This document shows, in pieces, positions 28,747 through 37,057 of a DNA stretch of 64,000 nucleotides. The number at the start of each line of letters is the position of its first letter. Within the stretch, counting starts at the first letter, position 1. The stretch is from Gaiellaceae bacterium (GTDB lineage Bacteria > Actinomycetota > Thermoleophilia > Gaiellales > Gaiellaceae), in assembly GCA_035624425.1 (NCBI GenBank), contig DASPRN010000087.1, forward strand, positions 184 through 64,183. The letters run 5' to 3'. A program made the position numbers and the translations under genes. The notes under the pieces are model-generated. The model was not told the DNA's origin and did not search any database. It saw only the letters and a list, made by a program, of their open reading frames with translations.

Positions 28747-28752
28747 AGTGTA
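28747..28752 (-). promoter_or_regulatory. -10-like TACACT, 6 nt upstream of the deoC ATG (leaderless)
   Basis: TACACT-CAGCGC-ATG; no SD. Confidence 0.5.
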
Positions 28753-28767
28753 TCCCCGCCGCTGCGG

Positions 28768-29454
28768 CTACCGGCTCCAGGCGAGGAGGAGCTCGGCCAC
28801 CGCCGCAAGATCGTCACAGACGGCGTCAGCGCTACGGAACTCGCCGTGGACGCGCGGGGAGCGGACGACGACCGACTTCACGCCTGCAGCATGCGCGGTC
28901 CGGACGTCCCGGCAGGTGTCGCCGATCTCGGCCGTTCGCTCGGCCGGCCAGCCACCGGCGCGCTCACGGGCGATCGCGAGCAGCTCGACACGGTCCTCGG
29001 CATCGCAGCCGAAGGCACCCTGGCCCTCAGAGAAGAAGCCACCGAGGCCGAGTCTCTCCATGCGGGCGCGCGCCATCGGTTCCGGGTTCCCGGTCAGGAG
29101 GCCGAGCCGGACGCCTCCTTCCTCGAGGCGCTCCAGCGCTCCGGCTGCGTACGGCGGGGCGGCCCAGCCGCTCGTGTCCGCCTTGGCGAGAAGGGCCACG
29201 TAGCGCTCGGCGAAGCGGCCGCACCACACGCCCAGCTCTTCGTCGATCGCCCCGTCGCCGAGACCCTCGGCGCGGAGGACGAGCCGAGCGATCCTCGGGG
29301 CGGTCTGCCCCGGGTGGTCAACGTGGGCGACGGCGTCGGCGGCGGGGTCGACCGGGTAGACGTCGCGCAGGGCCGCGTTGAACGCCTCGCCTGCGACCGG
29401 GTCGTCGCTGAGCAATAGCGTGCCGTCCACATCGAAGAGGGCGAGGAGCGCCAT
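28768..29454 (-). CDS. HAD-superfamily hydrolase (phosphoglycolate phosphatase-like)
   Basis: LFDVDGTLL motif I. I use ATG 29454, which overlaps the era stop as ATGA. Confidence 0.75.
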   Translation of the reverse strand: MALLALFDVDGTLLLSDDPVAGEAFNAALRDVYPVDPAADAVAHVDHPGQTAPRIARLVLRAEGLGDGAIDEELGVWCGRFAERYVALLAKADTSGWAAPPYAAGALERLEEGGVRLGLLTGNPEPMARARMERLGLGGFFSEGQGAFGCDAEDRVELLAIARERAGGWPAERTAEIGDTCRDVRTAHAAGVKSVVVRSPRVHGEFRSADAVCDDLAAVAELLLAWSR

Positions 29455-30428
29455 CAGATGCCGAGGCGCTCGAGCATGGCCTCGTCCTGTCGCCACTTCG
29501 GTCTCGCCTTCACGGTCAGCTCGAGGAAGATCGTGTGGCCGAGCAGCTGCTCGATCTCCGGCCGCGCCCTCGTCCCGATCTGCTTCACGACCGAGCCGCC
29601 CTTGCCGACCACGATCTGCTTCTGGGAGTCGGTCTCGACGAACACGGTCGCGCGGACGGCGGTGTCGGTCAGCTCCTCGACCTCGACCGAGATCGCGTGC
29701 GGGACCTCCTCGCGGGTGAGCTGGAGCGCCTTCTCGCGGACGAGCTCGGCGATCTGCGTCTCGAGCGGGAGGTCGGTGCGACGGTCGACCGCATAGAGCG
29801 GCGGTCCTTCGGGCAGTAGCTCGACGAGCTCGTCGCGGAGCGGGTCGATCCCGTCGCCGGTGAGCGCGCTGACCGGGTGGAGTGCGTGGAAGTCGCCGAG
29901 CCGCGCCGCCCGGGCCATCTGCTCGGCGACGTGGCCCGGCTTGAGGCGGTCGACCTTGTTCAGGGCGATCACAACCGGCACGCCGAGACCGAAGATCCGT
30001 TCGGCGATGAAGCGGTCGCCTGCGCCGATCCGCTCGCGTGCGGAGAGAACGAAGAGGACCGCCTCGACGTCCTCGAGCGAGCGGTCGACCGTGCGCTGCA
30101 TCCGCTCGGTGAGCGGATCAAGCGGACGCTGGAAGCCCGGCAGGTCGGTGAGCGCGAGCTGGTAGTCGCCGGCGCTCTCGTTCGTGCCGTTGGCGATCCC
30201 GACGACCCGCCGCCGGGTGGTCTGAGGCTTGTCGGACACAATGGCCACCTTGCCCCCGGCGAGCGCGTTGACGAGCGTCGACTTCCCGACGTTGGGCCGC
30301 CCGGCGACCGCGGCCACGCCACTCCTCAACAGGGCCGCCCCCCACCCAGGGTGGGGCTTACCACCCGCCTCCCTCTGGGAGGAGCGTAGCTCCGAAAAGC
30401 GCACATGGGTCTGACCTGTTTGTGACAA
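29454..30428 (-). CDS. era: GTPase Era
   Basis: GRPNVGKSTLVNAL, DLPG, NKVD and a KH domain. The first ~33 codons of the track ORF have poor GC3. The real start may be TTG 30329 (MRSGVAAVAGRPNVGKS). Confidence 0.9.
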   Translation of the reverse strand: MSQTGQTHVRFSELRSSQREAGGKPHPGWGAALLRSGVAAVAGRPNVGKSTLVNALAGGKVAIVSDKPQTTRRRVVGIANGTNESAGDYQLALTDLPGFQRPLDPLTERMQRTVDRSLEDVEAVLFVLSARERIGAGDRFIAERIFGLGVPVVIALNKVDRLKPGHVAEQMARAARLGDFHALHPVSALTGDGIDPLRDELVELLPEGPPLYAVDRRTDLPLETQIAELVREKALQLTREEVPHAISVEVEELTDTAVRATVFVETDSQKQIVVGKGGSVVKQIGTRARPEIEQLLGHTIFLELTVKARPKWRQDEAMLERLGI

Positions 30429-30437
30429 TGCTGTGAC
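30411..30437 (+). promoter_or_regulatory. CTGAC / GTGAC / GTGAC at 11-bp spacing in the cdd-era gap
   Basis: CTGACctgtttGTGACaatgctGTGAC on the plus strand, opposite to the flanking genes. Confidence 0.35.
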
Positions 30438-30483
30438 TCTTCGGGGCCCAGACGCGAGCCATCCGGCGGCTGCGCGTGTGGCC

Positions 30484-30852
30484 TCAGCTCAGGTCCCACG
30501 TCTCGGGCAGCAGCTCGGCGGGCGTGTACGAGACGATCTCTCCCGTGCGGTTGCGGAACGTGACCCGGTCGAGCCGGAACTCGTACAGCCACTGGCGGCA
30601 GCCGCCGCACGGCGAGACGGTGATCGCGATGGCCTCCAGGTCACCGGGCCGGCAACCGCCCTCCACGACCGCCCGTGCCAGCGCCGTTCGCTCGGCGCAG
30701 ATCCCGAGCGGGTACGACGCGTTCTCGACGTTCACGCCCTCGAACACGCGGCCGTCTCGCGCGAGCACGGCCGCTCCGACCAGGTAGTTCGAGTACGGCG
30801 CGTACGCCCGCTCGGCCACCGCCGCCGCCCGCTCGTAGAGCTCGTCCGTCAT
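30484..30852 (-). CDS. cdd: Cytidine deaminase
   Basis: CAERTA and PCGGCRQ zinc motifs; 122 aa. Confidence 0.9.
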   Translation of the reverse strand: MTDELYERAAAVAERAYAPYSNYLVGAAVLARDGRVFEGVNVENASYPLGICAERTALARAVVEGGCRPGDLEAIAITVSPCGGCRQWLYEFRLDRVTFRNRTGEIVSYTPAELLPETWDLS

Positions 30853-31574
30853 GTGAAGAGCTGGAACACGGCCAGCGTGACGAGCGCACCGAGGACACCG
30901 CCATAGGTGACCTCGAGCGCGGAGTGGATCCCGGCTTCGACACGTGTCTGCGCCACGAGCAACGCCATGATGAACGTCAGCGAAGAGATCAGAAAGCGGT
31001 GCGAGCCGCTGACGATGAGCGTCGCGGCCATCCAGCCCGCGAACGCGACCGCGGCGTGACCGGACGGAAGGCCTCCCCGCAGCGGCCGGCCGCGGCCCGT
31101 GTAAGCCTTCGCGGCGATGACGATGATCACGGTGACGACGAGCGCAATCAGCGTCACCTGCGCCGGCGCGTCGCGGAGACGGTCGAGTAGCCGCGAGCTG
31201 CGGTTCGCGATCTCCCCCGAGAAGACGAGGTAGCCGATCGCGATCGCGTTCACGGTCGCGATCAGGACCGCGCCCGCGGCGACGTCCTTCGCGAGCTTCG
31301 CCAAGGGGTCGAACGAGGTTGTGGCGACGTCGATCGCCTGCTCCAGCGCCGAGTTGATCATCTCGGTGATGAAGACGAAGGCGATCGCAAGCAGCAGGGC
31401 GATCAGCTCGAGCTTCGAGACGCCGACCCCGACCGCGGCCACCAGCACGACGACCGCGGCCAGGAGGTGGATCCGCATGTTCCGCTGCGTGCGGACGACG
31501 TGGATGATCCCTTCGACCGCAAAGTTGAAGCTCTCGAGCAGCGTCCGCGCGCGGCGGTGGGTCAGTCGCTCCAT
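30849..31574 (-). CDS. DgkA-family lipid kinase fused to a PAP2 lipid phosphatase domain
   Basis: Start ATG 31574 (MERLTHRR). N-terminal half has the DgkA motif [23 protein letters not shown]-terminal half has [13 protein letters not shown] and [12 protein letters not shown] (PAP2 motifs 1-3). Confidence 0.75.
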   Translation of the reverse strand: MERLTHRRARTLLESFNFAVEGIIHVVRTQRNMRIHLLAAVVVLVAAVGVGVSKLELIALLLAIAFVFITEMINSALEQAIDVATTSFDPLAKLAKDVAAGAVLIATVNAIAIGYLVFSGEIANRSSRLLDRLRDAPAQVTLIALVVTVIIVIAAKAYTGRGRPLRGGLPSGHAAVAFAGWMAATLIVSGSHRFLISSLTFIMALLVAQTRVEAGIHSALEVTYGGVLGALVTLAVFQLFT

Positions 31575-31939
31575 CGCGCCTCCCGGCTCTCCATCTCGGG
31601 CCCGTGGTCGTAGCCGAGGAGGTGCAGGACGCCGTGCACGAGCGGCCGCCGCCAGGCGTCCCCGACGACCTGGGGACAGAGCACAGCGTCCCCGAGCTGG
31701 CGTGGAGGGCCGGCCTCGAGCTCGTCGCGTGCGTCGATCGGGAACGAGAGCACGTCTGTCACCTCGTCGACCCCGAGGTGGTCGCGCTTCAATTCCCGCA
31801 TCTCCTCCGGGCCGACGAAGTGCAGGCCGAGCTCGCCGTCGTCGACGCCCTCCTCGGCGAGCACCAGGCGGGCGAGCGCGACGGCGGCGTCCGCCTCGAT
31901 CTCGATGCCGCTGCGGTTTGCCACCTCGACCGCGACCAT
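31562..31939 (-). CDS. ybeY: rRNA maturation endoribonuclease YbeY
   Basis: [11 protein letters not shown] zinc motif; 125 aa. Confidence 0.9.
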   Translation of the reverse strand: MVAVEVANRSGIEIEADAAVALARLVLAEEGVDDGELGLHFVGPEEMRELKRDHLGVDEVTDVLSFPIDARDELEAGPPRQLGDAVLCPQVVGDAWRRPLVHGVLHLLGYDHGPEMESREARWSD

Positions 31940-31941
31940 CC

Positions 31942-32901
31942 CTAGCGACGGCGCTGCGTGCCCGTCTCTTCTGCGTGCAGCTTGTAGGCCTCGACGATCC
32001 TCTGCACGAGCCGGTGACGCACGACATCCTCGTGGCCGAAGCGAACGAAGGAAATCCCGTCGATCGAGCCGAGGATGTCCTGTACGTGGATCAGGCCCGA
32101 CGCCTGCTCGCGTGGAAGGTCGACCTGCGTGATGTCGCCGGTAACGACCATCTTCGAGCCGAAGCCGAGGCGCGTCAGGAACATCTGCATCTGCTCGGGG
32201 CTCGTATTCTGCGCCTCGTCGAGGATGATGAACGAGTCGTTGAGCGTGCGCCCGCGCATGAACGCGAGCGGCGCGACCTCGATCGTGCCCTTTTCCATGT
32301 ACGCGGCGAGCCGGTCGGGGTCGAGCATGTCGTAGAGTGCGTCGTAGAGCGGGCGCAGGTACGGATCGACCTTCGCGAGCATGTCACCGGGCAGGAAGCC
32401 GAGCCGCTCGCCGGCCTCGACGGCGGGGCGCGTCAGGATGATCCGGCCGACCTCGCGGTCAGAGAGCGCGGCGACGGCGAGGGCCATCGCCAGGTAGGTC
32501 TTGCCGGTCCCCGCCGGGCCAATCGCAAAGGTGACGGTGTGCCGGCGGATGCCGTCGACGTAGCGTTTCTGGTTGACCGTCTTCGGCGAGATCTTCTTGC
32601 CGCGATGGCGCCAGACAACGTCCTCGAACACCTCGCGCAGATCCTCGGCCTGGGCGAGCGCGGCAAGCACCGCGTCGACGGTGGCCGGGTCGATCTCGTG
32701 CCCGCCCTCGACGAGCTCGCCGAGCTCGTCGATCACCGCCCGCGCCTGGGCGACATCCGGGTCCGAGCCCTCGATCGTCAGGCGGTTGCCGCGGAGCAGG
32801 ATCGTGCAACGGAGCCGGTCGCGGAGCGCATCGAGCACGCCGTCGCCGACGGTCGCGAGCTCGGCCGCCACGTCGTTGGATACGGAGAGAACCTCCTGCA
32901 T
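31942..32901 (-). CDS. phoH: PhoH-family ATPase
   Basis: Walker [14 protein letters not shown] and [10 protein letters not shown] prefer ATG 32901 (TACACT box 9 nt upstream). The track start at 32961 sits inside a conserved non-coding motif. Confidence 0.88.
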   Translation of the reverse strand: MQEVLSVSNDVAAELATVGDGVLDALRDRLRCTILLRGNRLTIEGSDPDVAQARAVIDELGELVEGGHEIDPATVDAVLAALAQAEDLREVFEDVVWRHRGKKISPKTVNQKRYVDGIRRHTVTFAIGPAGTGKTYLAMALAVAALSDREVGRIILTRPAVEAGERLGFLPGDMLAKVDPYLRPLYDALYDMLDPDRLAAYMEKGTIEVAPLAFMRGRTLNDSFIILDEAQNTSPEQMQMFLTRLGFGSKMVVTGDITQVDLPREQASGLIHVQDILGSIDGISFVRFGHEDVVRHRLVQRIVEAYKLHAEETGTQRRR

Positions 32902-32910
32902 TCCGGGCTC

Positions 32911-32916
32911 AGTGTA
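32911..32916 (-). promoter_or_regulatory. -10-like TACACT, 9 nt upstream of the phoH ATG 32901
   Basis: TACACT-GAGCCCGGA-ATG, downstream of the phased GTGMC sites. Confidence 0.4.
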
Positions 32917-32952
32917 GGCGCTCCACCGGGCCACACCGCCCCCCCCGGAAAC

Positions 32953-32979
32953 GTCACACATTCGGCACGGTCCCGTGCC
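32953..32979 (-). promoter_or_regulatory. GGCAC / GTGCC / GTGAC sites at 11-bp spacing upstream of phoH
   Basis: Minus strand reads GGCACgggaccGTGCCgaatgtGTGAC. Shares the 14-mer GTGCCGAATGTGTG with the rpsT site. Confidence 0.5.
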
Positions 32980-32998
32980 ACACGCGTGCGGATTTGCT

Positions 32999-33041
32999 CG
33001 ATACGATCGCCTCGGGGAGGAGGTTGGGCGTGCCGTAAACA
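32999..33041. repeat. 43-nt conserved element, copy 2
   Basis: CGATACGATCGCCTCGGGGAGGAGGTTGGGCGTGCCGTAAACA. Confidence 0.85.
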
Positions 33042-33071
33042 GCCCGCCCGACGGCTCGATGGTCGTGGCGG

Positions 33072-33515
33072 CTAGGCGAGCTTCTCTTTGACGAGCTGGC
33101 TGACGACGGAGCCGTCGGCTCGGCCCGAGACCTGGGGCATCACGTCGGCCATCACGCGCCCGAAGTCGCGCATGCTCGTCGCGCCGACCTCGGCGATCGC
33201 GTCGTCGACGATCTCCTCCAGGTCCTCCTCCGAGAGCGGCGCCGGCATGAACTCCTCCAGCACCGCGAGCTCCCGCTCCTCCGCCTCCGCCTGCTCCTCG
33301 CGTCCACCGGCACGGAAGCCTTCGGCCGCCTCGCGCCGGCGCTTCCGCTCCCGCTGCAGGACCTGCAGCTCTTCGTCGTCGTGGAGCGGCCGCTGCAGCT
33401 CCTTCTCGGCGCCGCGGAGGCTGGCGAGGATCAGGCGCAGGGTGTTCCGGCGCTCGGCGTCGCGCGCGACCATCGCATCCTTCAACTCGCCCTCGAGCCG
33501 CTCGATCAGGCTCAC
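33072..33515 (-). CDS. GatB/YqeY domain protein
   Basis: MSLIERLEGELKDAMVARD..LRLILASL is typical of YqeY. GTGA overlap with the HIT gene. Confidence 0.85.
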   Translation of the reverse strand: MSLIERLEGELKDAMVARDAERRNTLRLILASLRGAEKELQRPLHDDEELQVLQRERKRRREAAEGFRAGGREEQAEAEERELAVLEEFMPAPLSEEDLEEIVDDAIAEVGATSMRDFGRVMADVMPQVSGRADGSVVSQLVKEKLA

Positions 33516-33841
33516 CCGGCCAACCCCCAGACCCGGCCGCCGAGGAGGTGCCAGTGCAGATGGAAGACCGTCTGGCCGGCGCCCTCGCCGACGTTGACGA
33601 CGACGCGGTAGTCCTCGAGACCGGCGCTCCTCGCCGCCTCGGCGACGAATTCGAGCATCCGCTTGGCCTCGTCGGCCGGGAATTCGTAGATCTCGCGAAA
33701 GCTGGGAACGTGGCGCTCAGGGATCACGAGCAGGTGCGTCTCAGCCTTCGGGCTGATGTCGCGGATCGCGACGTACCCGTCTGCGGCGTGCACATGATCG
33801 CCCTCGCGAACAAGCCGGCAGAAGAGGCAGTCGTCAGGCAG
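33512..33841 (-). CDS. HIT (histidine triad) family protein
   Basis: HLHWHLLGG triad. The first canonical start (GTG 33793) removes the conserved CLFCRLV N-terminus, so I extend to CTG 33841 (see finding). Confidence 0.7.
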   Translation of the reverse strand: MPDDCLFCRLVREGDHVHAADGYVAIRDISPKAETHLLVIPERHVPSFREIYEFPADEAKRMLEFVAEAARSAGLEDYRVVVNVGEGAGQTVFHLHWHLLGGRVWGLAG

Positions 33842-35021
33842 CGAGGATCCCCTCCTCCGTCACGGCCTCGCCGCGAACGGGCACGAGCTCGCCGACCCGC
33901 CCGCGAACGAGCCACGGCGAGTAGTCGTCGCCGTAGCCGCGACCCGGGCGGTCGACCAGCACGACGTCCTCGCGGCCGAGCTTCGACCGCCAGCGCTCCA
34001 GCGTCGCACGGCGAGAGCGCTCGCGCAGCCTGGCCCCCCGCTCTCGCTTCACCTCGCGAGGAACCGAATCGGCCAGCGCAGTTGCCGTTCCCGGGCGCGG
34101 CGAGTACGGAAAGACGTGGACCGAGGAGATGCCGGCCGCGTCGACCACCTCGAGCGTCCGGCGGAAGGCGGGCTCGTCCTCGCCGGGGAAGCCGACGATC
34201 ACGTCGGTCGTCAGGTTGAAGTCGTCGAGCCCGGCGACCCGCCGCAGGTACGTGGACGCGTCGTAGCGCCGCCCCATCGCACGGAGAACTCCGTCGTCGC
34301 CCGACTGGAGCGGGACGTGCAGGTGGCGTGAGACCGTCGGCGTCTCGCGCAGCGCCCTGACGAGCTCGCCGCTCAGATGGTTCACCTCGAGCGAGGAGAG
34401 CCGCAGCCGCGCGAGTCCGGGAACCGCCCCGACCGCCCGCACCAGCCCGGCAAGCGAGCACCCTGCGACGCGGTCGCGGTAGCAGCCGAGATTGATACCG
34501 GTCAGGACGACCTCGCGGTGGCCCTGGCGCACCCGCCGCCGCACCTCACCGAGAACGGCCTCGGCGCTGCGGCTCCGCGACGCCCCGCGGACGAGCGGGA
34601 TCACGCAGAAGGCGCACGAGAAGCTGCAGCCGTCCTGCACCTTGACGAACGCCCGCACGCGGTCGAGCCCGGTCTCGGCCCGAACGCAGCCGATCGGGCC
34701 GACATCGCGGGCCACGAAGTCGGGCGTGTCCTCGCTGGGCCGCGAGACCACGACGACATTCTCCGGGAGCCCCGCGAACCCGTCCGCGTCGAGGTTGGCG
34801 CCACAGCCGGTCACGTAGACGCGCGTATGGGTCCGCGCGGCTCGGGCCGCGGCGTGGCGTGACTTGCGCACCGCCTCGTGGGTGACGCAACAGGTGTTCA
34901 CGACAGCGATCTCGCCGTGCTCGAGCTCTGAATGCCCATCGGCAAGCAGGCGCTCGCGGATCGCCTGGGCGTCGGCGTACGAGACCTTGCAGCCGAGAAA
35001 GCGCACCGAAAAACCGGCCAC
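33834..35021 (-). CDS. mtaB: tRNA methylthiotransferase MtaB (radical SAM)
   Basis: N-terminal VNTCCVT, radical-SAM motif CSFSCAFC, and a C-terminal TRAM-like segment. Confidence 0.85.
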   Translation of the reverse strand: MAGFSVRFLGCKVSYADAQAIRERLLADGHSELEHGEIAVVNTCCVTHEAVRKSRHAAARAARTHTRVYVTGCGANLDADGFAGLPENVVVVSRPSEDTPDFVARDVGPIGCVRAETGLDRVRAFVKVQDGCSFSCAFCVIPLVRGASRSRSAEAVLGEVRRRVRQGHREVVLTGINLGCYRDRVAGCSLAGLVRAVGAVPGLARLRLSSLEVNHLSGELVRALRETPTVSRHLHVPLQSGDDGVLRAMGRRYDASTYLRRVAGLDDFNLTTDVIVGFPGEDEPAFRRTLEVVDAAGISSVHVFPYSPRPGTATALADSVPREVKRERGARLRERSRRATLERWRSKLGREDVVLVDRPGRGYGDDYSPWLVRGRVGELVPVRGEAVTEEGILAA

Positions 35022-35030
35022 GGGGCTGGG

Positions 35031-35036
35031 ACTCTA
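35031..35036 (-). promoter_or_regulatory. -10-like TAGAGT, 9 nt upstream of the mtaB GTG
   Basis: The TAG is the prmA stop codon. Confidence 0.4.
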
Positions 35037-35780
35037 CTCTGCGCGCCGAAACAGGTCGGCGGCCCATCCCTGTAGGACGCGCCGCTCGACGGCCTGGAAG
35101 CCGGCGAGCGCGGGCCGCTCCGACTCCAGGTAGCCGGAGGCGATGACGGCCCGGGTGGCCGCGTCCGGACGGAGCTGGGTGACCGAGGACTCGGAGATGT
35201 TGGCAACGATCACGTCGACCGGCGGCAGTGCGCCGGCGAGCGCGTCGGCGGAGCTCAGCTCGAGCTCGACGCCGTTTGCGCGCGCGTTCCTGCTCGTCGC
35301 CGCGAGCGCTGCCGGGTCGTGGTCGACGGCGAGGACCGGCGCGAAGCCCAGCCGCGCGGCTGCGATCGCGATCACGCCGGAGCCGCAACCGACGTCCACG
35401 AGGCTCGACGGCTCGAGCTCGAGCAGGAGCTCCAGGCAAAGCCGGGTCGTCGCGTGCCCGCCTGTCCCGAAGGCTCGACCGGGGTCGATGACGACGGCCT
35501 CGAGCTCCGTCGGCGGCGTCTCCCAGGGCGGCCCGACCCAGAGGCGACCGACCTGGATCGGGCGATGGAAATCCCGCCAGCGCTTGTCCCAGCCGTCGTC
35601 GACGCGGGCCGACGACACCGTGCTGAAGGCCGCCCACACGCGCTCCTCGCCACCCGCGTCGGTGTAGGCGGCGAGCTCGATGCCGTCGGCGAGGTCGCGC
35701 TCCTCGAAGCCTTCGGGGAAGAGCTCGATCATCAGAGCACGCGCCGCCTCGGCCCGCTCGGCGGGGACCACGGCTGCCAC
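35034..35780 (-). CDS. prmA: Ribosomal protein L11 methyltransferase
   Basis: DPGRAFGTGGHATT and VGCGSGVIAIAAA SAM-binding motif. Confidence 0.85.
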   Translation of the reverse strand: MAAVVPAERAEAARALMIELFPEGFEERDLADGIELAAYTDAGGEERVWAAFSTVSSARVDDGWDKRWRDFHRPIQVGRLWVGPPWETPPTELEAVVIDPGRAFGTGGHATTRLCLELLLELEPSSLVDVGCGSGVIAIAAARLGFAPVLAVDHDPAALAATSRNARANGVELELSSADALAGALPPVDVIVANISESSVTQLRPDAATRAVIASGYLESERPALAGFQAVERRVLQGWAADLFRRAE

Positions 35781-35794
35781 GCGGCGGAGCGGCC

Positions 35795-36910
35795 TCAGCG
35801 GAACGCGCTCTTCAGTCTCTGGAAGAACCCCTCGTCCCGGTACGTGTCGTCCCCCGCGCTCGCCTCGAACGACTCGAGCAGGGCCCGCTGTTCGTCGGTC
35901 AGGCGACGCGGGACCTGCACGTTCACGAGGATCCGCTGGTCACCGCGCCCGAAGCCCTGCAGGACCGGCATGCCGCGCCCGCGCAGGACGCGGACCTCGC
36001 CAGGCTGTGTGCCGGGCTCGAGCTCGAGCGCGTGGTCGCCGTCCAGCGTCGGGACCGAGAGCCTTGTCCCGAGCGCGGCCTGGGTCATCGTCAGGTCGAC
36101 GGTCGAGACGATGTCGTTCCCCTCGCGCACGAACCTCGGGTCCGGGCTGATCCGCACCTGGACGTAGAGGTCGCCCGAACGCCCGCCGAGTGCGCCGGCA
36201 TGGCCTTCGCCGGAAACGCGGATCTGCTGGCCGTCGTGGATCCCCGGCGGGATCTCGACCTCGAGCTTGCGCTCTTCGACCACGTGGCCCGACCCCCCAC
36301 ACTCGGCGCAGGGATGCTCTACCACGCGGCCGGCTCCACCGCATTGGGGACAGGTCTGCGAGCGGACGAACTCGCCGAACGCGGTCCGCGACACGTGCTG
36401 CAGGCGCCCGGCGCCGCCGCAGGTCGGACAGGGCACGGGCTCGGTTCCGGGCTCGGCGCCGCCACCCCCGCAGGTCGCGCAGGAGACGGTGACCGGGAAG
36501 GGGACGTCCCGCTTCGTTCCCTTCGCAGCCTCGGCGAGCTCGATCTCCACCTGGGCCGCGACATCCGCGCCGCGCGCCCGGCGCGGCCTGGTCGACACGC
36601 CGAAGAGGTCGTCGCCGAAGAAGGCGGCGAACAGGTCGGAGAGGCTGCCGAAGTCGAAGCTCGACGGCGTGAAGCCGCCGCTCCGCAGGCCGGCGTGGCC
36701 GAAGCGGTCGTAGAGCTCGCGCGTCTCGCGCTTGGAGAGCACCTCGTAGGCCTCGACGACCTCGCGGAAGCGCTCCTCGGCGTCCGGCTCGGAAGAGACG
36801 TCGGGATGGAGCTCGCGCGCCTGCCGGCGAAAGGCCTTCTTGATCTCCGCCTCGTCCGCGGAACGCGATACGCCGAGCAGCTCGTAGTAGTCACGCTGGG
36901 TGGAGGCCAT
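35795..36910 (-). CDS. dnaJ: Molecular chaperone DnaJ
   Basis: J domain with HPD, a G/F region, and four CxxCxGxG repeats. Confidence 0.95.
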   Translation of the reverse strand: MASTQRDYYELLGVSRSADEAEIKKAFRRQARELHPDVSSEPDAEERFREVVEAYEVLSKRETRELYDRFGHAGLRSGGFTPSSFDFGSLSDLFAAFFGDDLFGVSTRPRRARGADVAAQVEIELAEAAKGTKRDVPFPVTVSCATCGGGGAEPGTEPVPCPTCGGAGRLQHVSRTAFGEFVRSQTCPQCGGAGRVVEHPCAECGGSGHVVEERKLEVEIPPGIHDGQQIRVSGEGHAGALGGRSGDLYVQVRISPDPRFVREGNDIVSTVDLTMTQAALGTRLSVPTLDGDHALELEPGTQPGEVRVLRGRGMPVLQGFGRGDQRILVNVQVPRRLTDEQRALLESFEASAGDDTYRDEGFFQRLKSAFR

Positions 36911-36919
36911 TGGGAACCA

Positions 36920-36925
36920 AGCCTA
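36920..36925 (-). promoter_or_regulatory. -10-like TAGGCT, 9 nt upstream of the dnaJ ATG
   Basis: TAGGCT-TGGTTCCCA-ATG; no SD. Confidence 0.4.
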
Positions 36926-36949
36926 GCTCCGCGCTCAGGCGTCGCCTTC

Positions 36950-36971
36950 CAGGCATCGCTTGCGATGCCTG
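36950..36971 (+). repeat. Perfect 10-bp-stem hairpin CAGGCATCGC-TT-GCGATGCCTG
   Basis: First of two tandem units in the hrcA-dnaJ spacer. Confidence 0.55.
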
Positions 36972-37005
36972 CCCTCTAGGCGCCTAGCTCACTTCCCCAC
37001 GCCCG

Positions 37006-37027
37006 CAGGCATCGCTTGCGATGCTTG
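37006..37027 (+). repeat. Second copy CAGGCATCGC-TT-GCGATGCTTG
   Basis: The one difference gives a G.T pair on the plus strand (C.A on the minus strand). Same flank, GCCCTC. Confidence 0.55.
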
Positions 37028-37034
37028 CCCTCAG

Positions 37035-37057
37035 GATGTGCGGCTTCGCCGCGCATC
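37035..37057 (+). other. Hairpin GATGTGCGGC-TTC-GCCGCGCATC
   Basis: 10-bp stem with one T.G pair on the plus strand. Confidence 0.4.

Noticed and set aside
30421-30437. CRP/GlxR-type site (TGTGA-N6-TCACA) in TGTGACAATGCTGTGAC and in TGTGACGCGTGGGTGAC (46691-46707).
   Set aside because: The half-sites are direct, not inverted, so they do not fit a CRP-family dimer site.
32964-32981. Sigma-54 promoter TGGCAC-N5-TTGC in TGGCACGGGACCGTGCC (also TGGCACC at 46724-46730).
   Set aside because: The GG-to-GC spacing is off by one, the -12 element is not TTGC, and sigma-54 is generally absent from Actinobacteria. The sequence is better explained as an inverted GGCAC/GTGCC pair.
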